Source: Gammaproteobacteria bacterium (GTDB lineage: Bacteria; Pseudomonadota; Gammaproteobacteria; CAJXQU01). From it: a stretch of DNA of 64,000 nucleotides. How positions within the stretch are numbered: the first letter of the stretch is position 1; each line of letters starts with the position of its first letter. The notes under the pieces were generated by a model, which saw nothing but the letters and a program-made list of their open reading frames with translations, searched no databases and had not been told where the DNA came from. The position numbers were made by a program, and so were the translations under genes. Below, piece by piece: positions 61,815-64,000 of the stretch. The stretch spans positions 1,147,705-1,211,704 of the forward strand of contig CBDDAG010000001.1 of assembly GCA_965224825.1 (NCBI GenBank), written 5' to 3'.

Positions 61815-62288
61815 GTGAAAAGAATCGCTATTTTTGTAGATGTACAAAACATTTATTACACCACTCGCCAGGCTTACAGTCGCCAGTTCAATTATCGAAA
61901 ACTCTGGCAACGGATCAGTTCTGAAGGAGAAATTGTTTCTGCCATAGCTTATGCAATCCATCGTAATGACGATCAGCAAAAAAAGTTCCAGGATGCTCTC
62001 AAACATATTGGCTTCGACATAAAACTAAAACCCTATATCCAACGCAGTGATGGATCCGCCAAAGGTGACTGGGATGTCGGTATCACGATCGACATTATGG
62101 AAACTGCAAAAGATGTTGATACGGTTGTATTACTCTCTGGCGATGGAGATTTTGATCTGTTGCTGGAAAGGATTAGAAAGAATCATAATGTCAGTACTGA
62201 AGTTTATGGTGTACCAGCACTCACCGCCAATTCATTGATCGAGGCTGCCAGTATTTTTCATCGTATTGAAGAAGGTTTGTTACTATAA
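61815..62288 (+). CDS. NYN/LabA-like (DUF88) PIN-fold protein
   Basis: IFVDVQNIY, KGDWDVGITID, LLSGDGDF. Confidence 0.92.
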   Translation: MKRIAIFVDVQNIYYTTRQAYSRQFNYRKLWQRISSEGEIVSAIAYAIHRNDDQQKKFQDALKHIGFDIKLKPYIQRSDGSAKGDWDVGITIDIMETAKDVDTVVLLSGDGDFDLLLERIRKNHNVSTEVYGVPALTANSLIEAASIFHRIEEGLLL

Positions 62289-62291
62289 AGC

Positions 62292-63023
62292 ATGACTTTC
62301 ATATTAGAAGAACTGGATTACCAGAAAACCCCACTGGGTGACATCAGCCTCCGACGACGATCAGAACCTCGTCTTAATGATGAAATCCTGTACGAAGTAA
62401 AACTCGGTGACGAGTTTCTTATGTCCAGCCTGTTTACCGAAGCTGAAATCCAGCTTTCCAGACTCGGACTTGCTGCGCTGAAGAAAACTGGTCATGACCA
62501 TGATCTCGATATTGTTGTTGGAGGACTGGGACTTGGTTATACAGCCGTTGCCGCGCTTGAAGATCCATCTGTCAGGTCACTGATGGTTATCGATGTGATG
62601 GAACCGGTGATCAAGTGGCATCAACAAGGTTTGGTTCCTCTTGGTAACAAGCTATGCTCAGATCAGCGCACAACGCTTGTTCACGCCGACTTCTTTGCTC
62701 TGGCGGCCTCTGACAGCTTTGATCAATCAGATCCGTCAAAAAAAGTACACGCTGTATTACTGGATATTGATCACTCACCGAGTCATTGGTTGAATGCAGA
62801 AAATAGTTCTTTTTATACAGCCGAATCGCTACAGAGTCTCTCCGACAAACTACATCTCGGTGGGCTATTTGGATTATGGTCTAATGATCCACCGGAGGCT
62901 GAGTTTATTGATCTGCTTGAATCAGTATTCGAATCTTCCGAATCACACATCATCACTTTTCCGAATCCGTACAAAGGAACTGATTCAACTAACACTGTTT
63001 ATCTGGCACATAAAAGTAAATGA
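62292..63023 (+). CDS. Spermidine-synthase-like SAM-dependent protein
   Basis: EFLMSS, VVGGLGLGYT, LLDIDHSP, GLWS. Confidence 0.85.
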   Translation: MTFILEELDYQKTPLGDISLRRRSEPRLNDEILYEVKLGDEFLMSSLFTEAEIQLSRLGLAALKKTGHDHDLDIVVGGLGLGYTAVAALEDPSVRSLMVIDVMEPVIKWHQQGLVPLGNKLCSDQRTTLVHADFFALAASDSFDQSDPSKKVHAVLLDIDHSPSHWLNAENSSFYTAESLQSLSDKLHLGGLFGLWSNDPPEAEFIDLLESVFESSESHIITFPNPYKGTDSTNTVYLAHKSK

Positions 63024-63032
63024 AAAATACTA

Positions 63033-63581
63033 ATGGATAAGAATATTCAAGCAGTCGAGCATTGGTTGGATGAAGTTGTGATCGGCTTAAACTTTTGTCC
63101 GTTCGCAGCCAAGCCTCGCCGTAATGAACAGGTCAGGTTTGTAAGCAGCAAAGCAACATCGGAAGAACTACTGCTCGCTGACTTGCAAGATGAACTGACC
63201 TTGCTCGGACAAACACCATCATCAGAAATTGAAACGACATTATTAATCGTTCCCGAAATGTTGACGGATTTTTATGACTATAACCAGTTTCTTGATCTGG
63301 TTGATGAACTATTAGTGCAGTTTGAGTGGGATGGTGTTTTTCAAGTTGCCAGTTTTCATCCGAACTATTGTTTCGCTGATGCAGAACCAGACTCAGTCGA
63401 AAACCTCACTAACCGGTCGCCCTGCCCCATCTTGCACATAATCCGTGAAGACAGCATAGAAAAAGCGCTGGAAAATATTTCAGAGCCTGATGAGGTTTAC
63501 GAACGAAATATTCAAACAATGAAAAACCTGAAATCAGATCAGATCAAAAAAATATTTTCACATTTGAAAATGGATGACTAA
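63033..63581 (+). CDS. DUF1415 family protein
   Basis: VVIGLNFCPFA, QVASFHP, TNRSP..LHIIRE. Confidence 0.92.
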   Translation: MDKNIQAVEHWLDEVVIGLNFCPFAAKPRRNEQVRFVSSKATSEELLLADLQDELTLLGQTPSSEIETTLLIVPEMLTDFYDYNQFLDLVDELLVQFEWDGVFQVASFHPNYCFADAEPDSVENLTNRSPCPILHIIREDSIEKALENISEPDEVYERNIQTMKNLKSDQIKKIFSHLKMDD

Positions 63582-63997
63582 GATGAATCCTGTCTAACCA
63601 TCTGTGAAGCATACCGAACTCTCTCAGCAGGTATGCCAAGCTGAAAGATCAAATACTCCTTAAATTCCGCATCATAATCCTGATCTTTCAACGCCTCTTG
63701 CATACAAAGCAACCAGGCATCGCATTCGGATTCTTTAATATCAAGGTACTGATGAAAACCCGGAATAGAAATCGATCCATATTTTTCAGCATAATTTCTT
63801 GGGCCACCCAGCCAACCCATCAAAAATACCGACAACTTATCTTTGACCACATTAAGATCAGCTTTATGCATGGCACGGATGTGTTGAGCTTCAGGCAAGA
63901 TTTCCATTTGATGATAAAACTCATCAACCAACTTTCGAATTCCAACTTCACCACCAGCCGCCTGAAAGGAACTATCTCCAACACCGTATTCTTTCAT
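63578..63997 (-). CDS. Group II truncated hemoglobin
   Basis: AAGGEVGIRKLVDEFY, FLMGWLGGP..Y, AWLLCM. Confidence 0.9.
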   Translation of the reverse strand: MKEYGVGDSSFQAAGGEVGIRKLVDEFYHQMEILPEAQHIRAMHKADLNVVKDKLSVFLMGWLGGPRNYAEKYGSISIPGFHQYLDIKESECDAWLLCMQEALKDQDYDAEFKEYLIFQLGIPAERVRYASQMVRQDSS

Positions 63998-64000
63998 AAA

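Noticed and set aside
538-63033. Many short alternative-frame and antisense ORFs in the track (e.g. 538-1095, 9468-9866, 39218-39694)
   Set aside because: They overlap well-supported genes and show no recognisable motifs, so they are treated as shadow ORFs.
59386-63581. yaiI-TIR-NYN-spermidine-synthase-like-DUF1415 as one defence operon
   Set aside because: YaiI, this NYN/LabA type and DUF1415 are widespread stand-alone genes, and co-direction alone is insufficient. Only the TIR gene is kept as a finding.
1-64000. CRISPR arrays, tRNA/rRNA, transposases, prophage genes
   Set aside because: No regularly spaced direct repeats, RNA-gene signatures or mobile-element proteins were seen.

Overview
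Chromosomal segment of an unidentified gammaproteobacterium that spans the replication terminus. A near-canonical dif site lies at 48585-48612, and the KOPS motifs I spotted point towards it from both sides. Most of the window is housekeeping: (rpsF)-rpsR-rplI-dnaB-alr-radA, purine/MTA salvage, ndh, lolCE-lolD, tsaB, cpdA, moaCDE-pdxJ-acpS, prfC, rne/rluC, and yceD-rpmF-plsX-fabHDG-acpP-fabF-pabC-mltG-tmk-holB-pilZ-tatD, plus a stand-alone EF-G. The best candidate for an undescribed system is an operon that couples a two-PepSY periplasmic protein resembling the lanthanide-binding protein lanpepsy to an acid-rich TolC/MFP/RND exporter (possible rare-earth or hard-cation efflux). Other points of interest: an attC site behind a cold-shock gene with no integrase in the window; a GATC-poor island of four Fem/CelD-like GNATs; an orphan Wzx flippase; a membrane HhH + OmpA gene pair with VEKIVE repeats beside dif; a multi-TM TIR protein; a secreted duplicated ankyrin protein; several MITE-like palindromes; a probable S6 C-terminal extra domain; an orphan ORF behind a DnaA/NrdR-like promoter; strong GATC over-representation; and many apparently leaderless genes. 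I saw no rRNA, tRNA, CRISPR array, transposase or integrase. Family calls rest on motif recognition from memory, not database searches.
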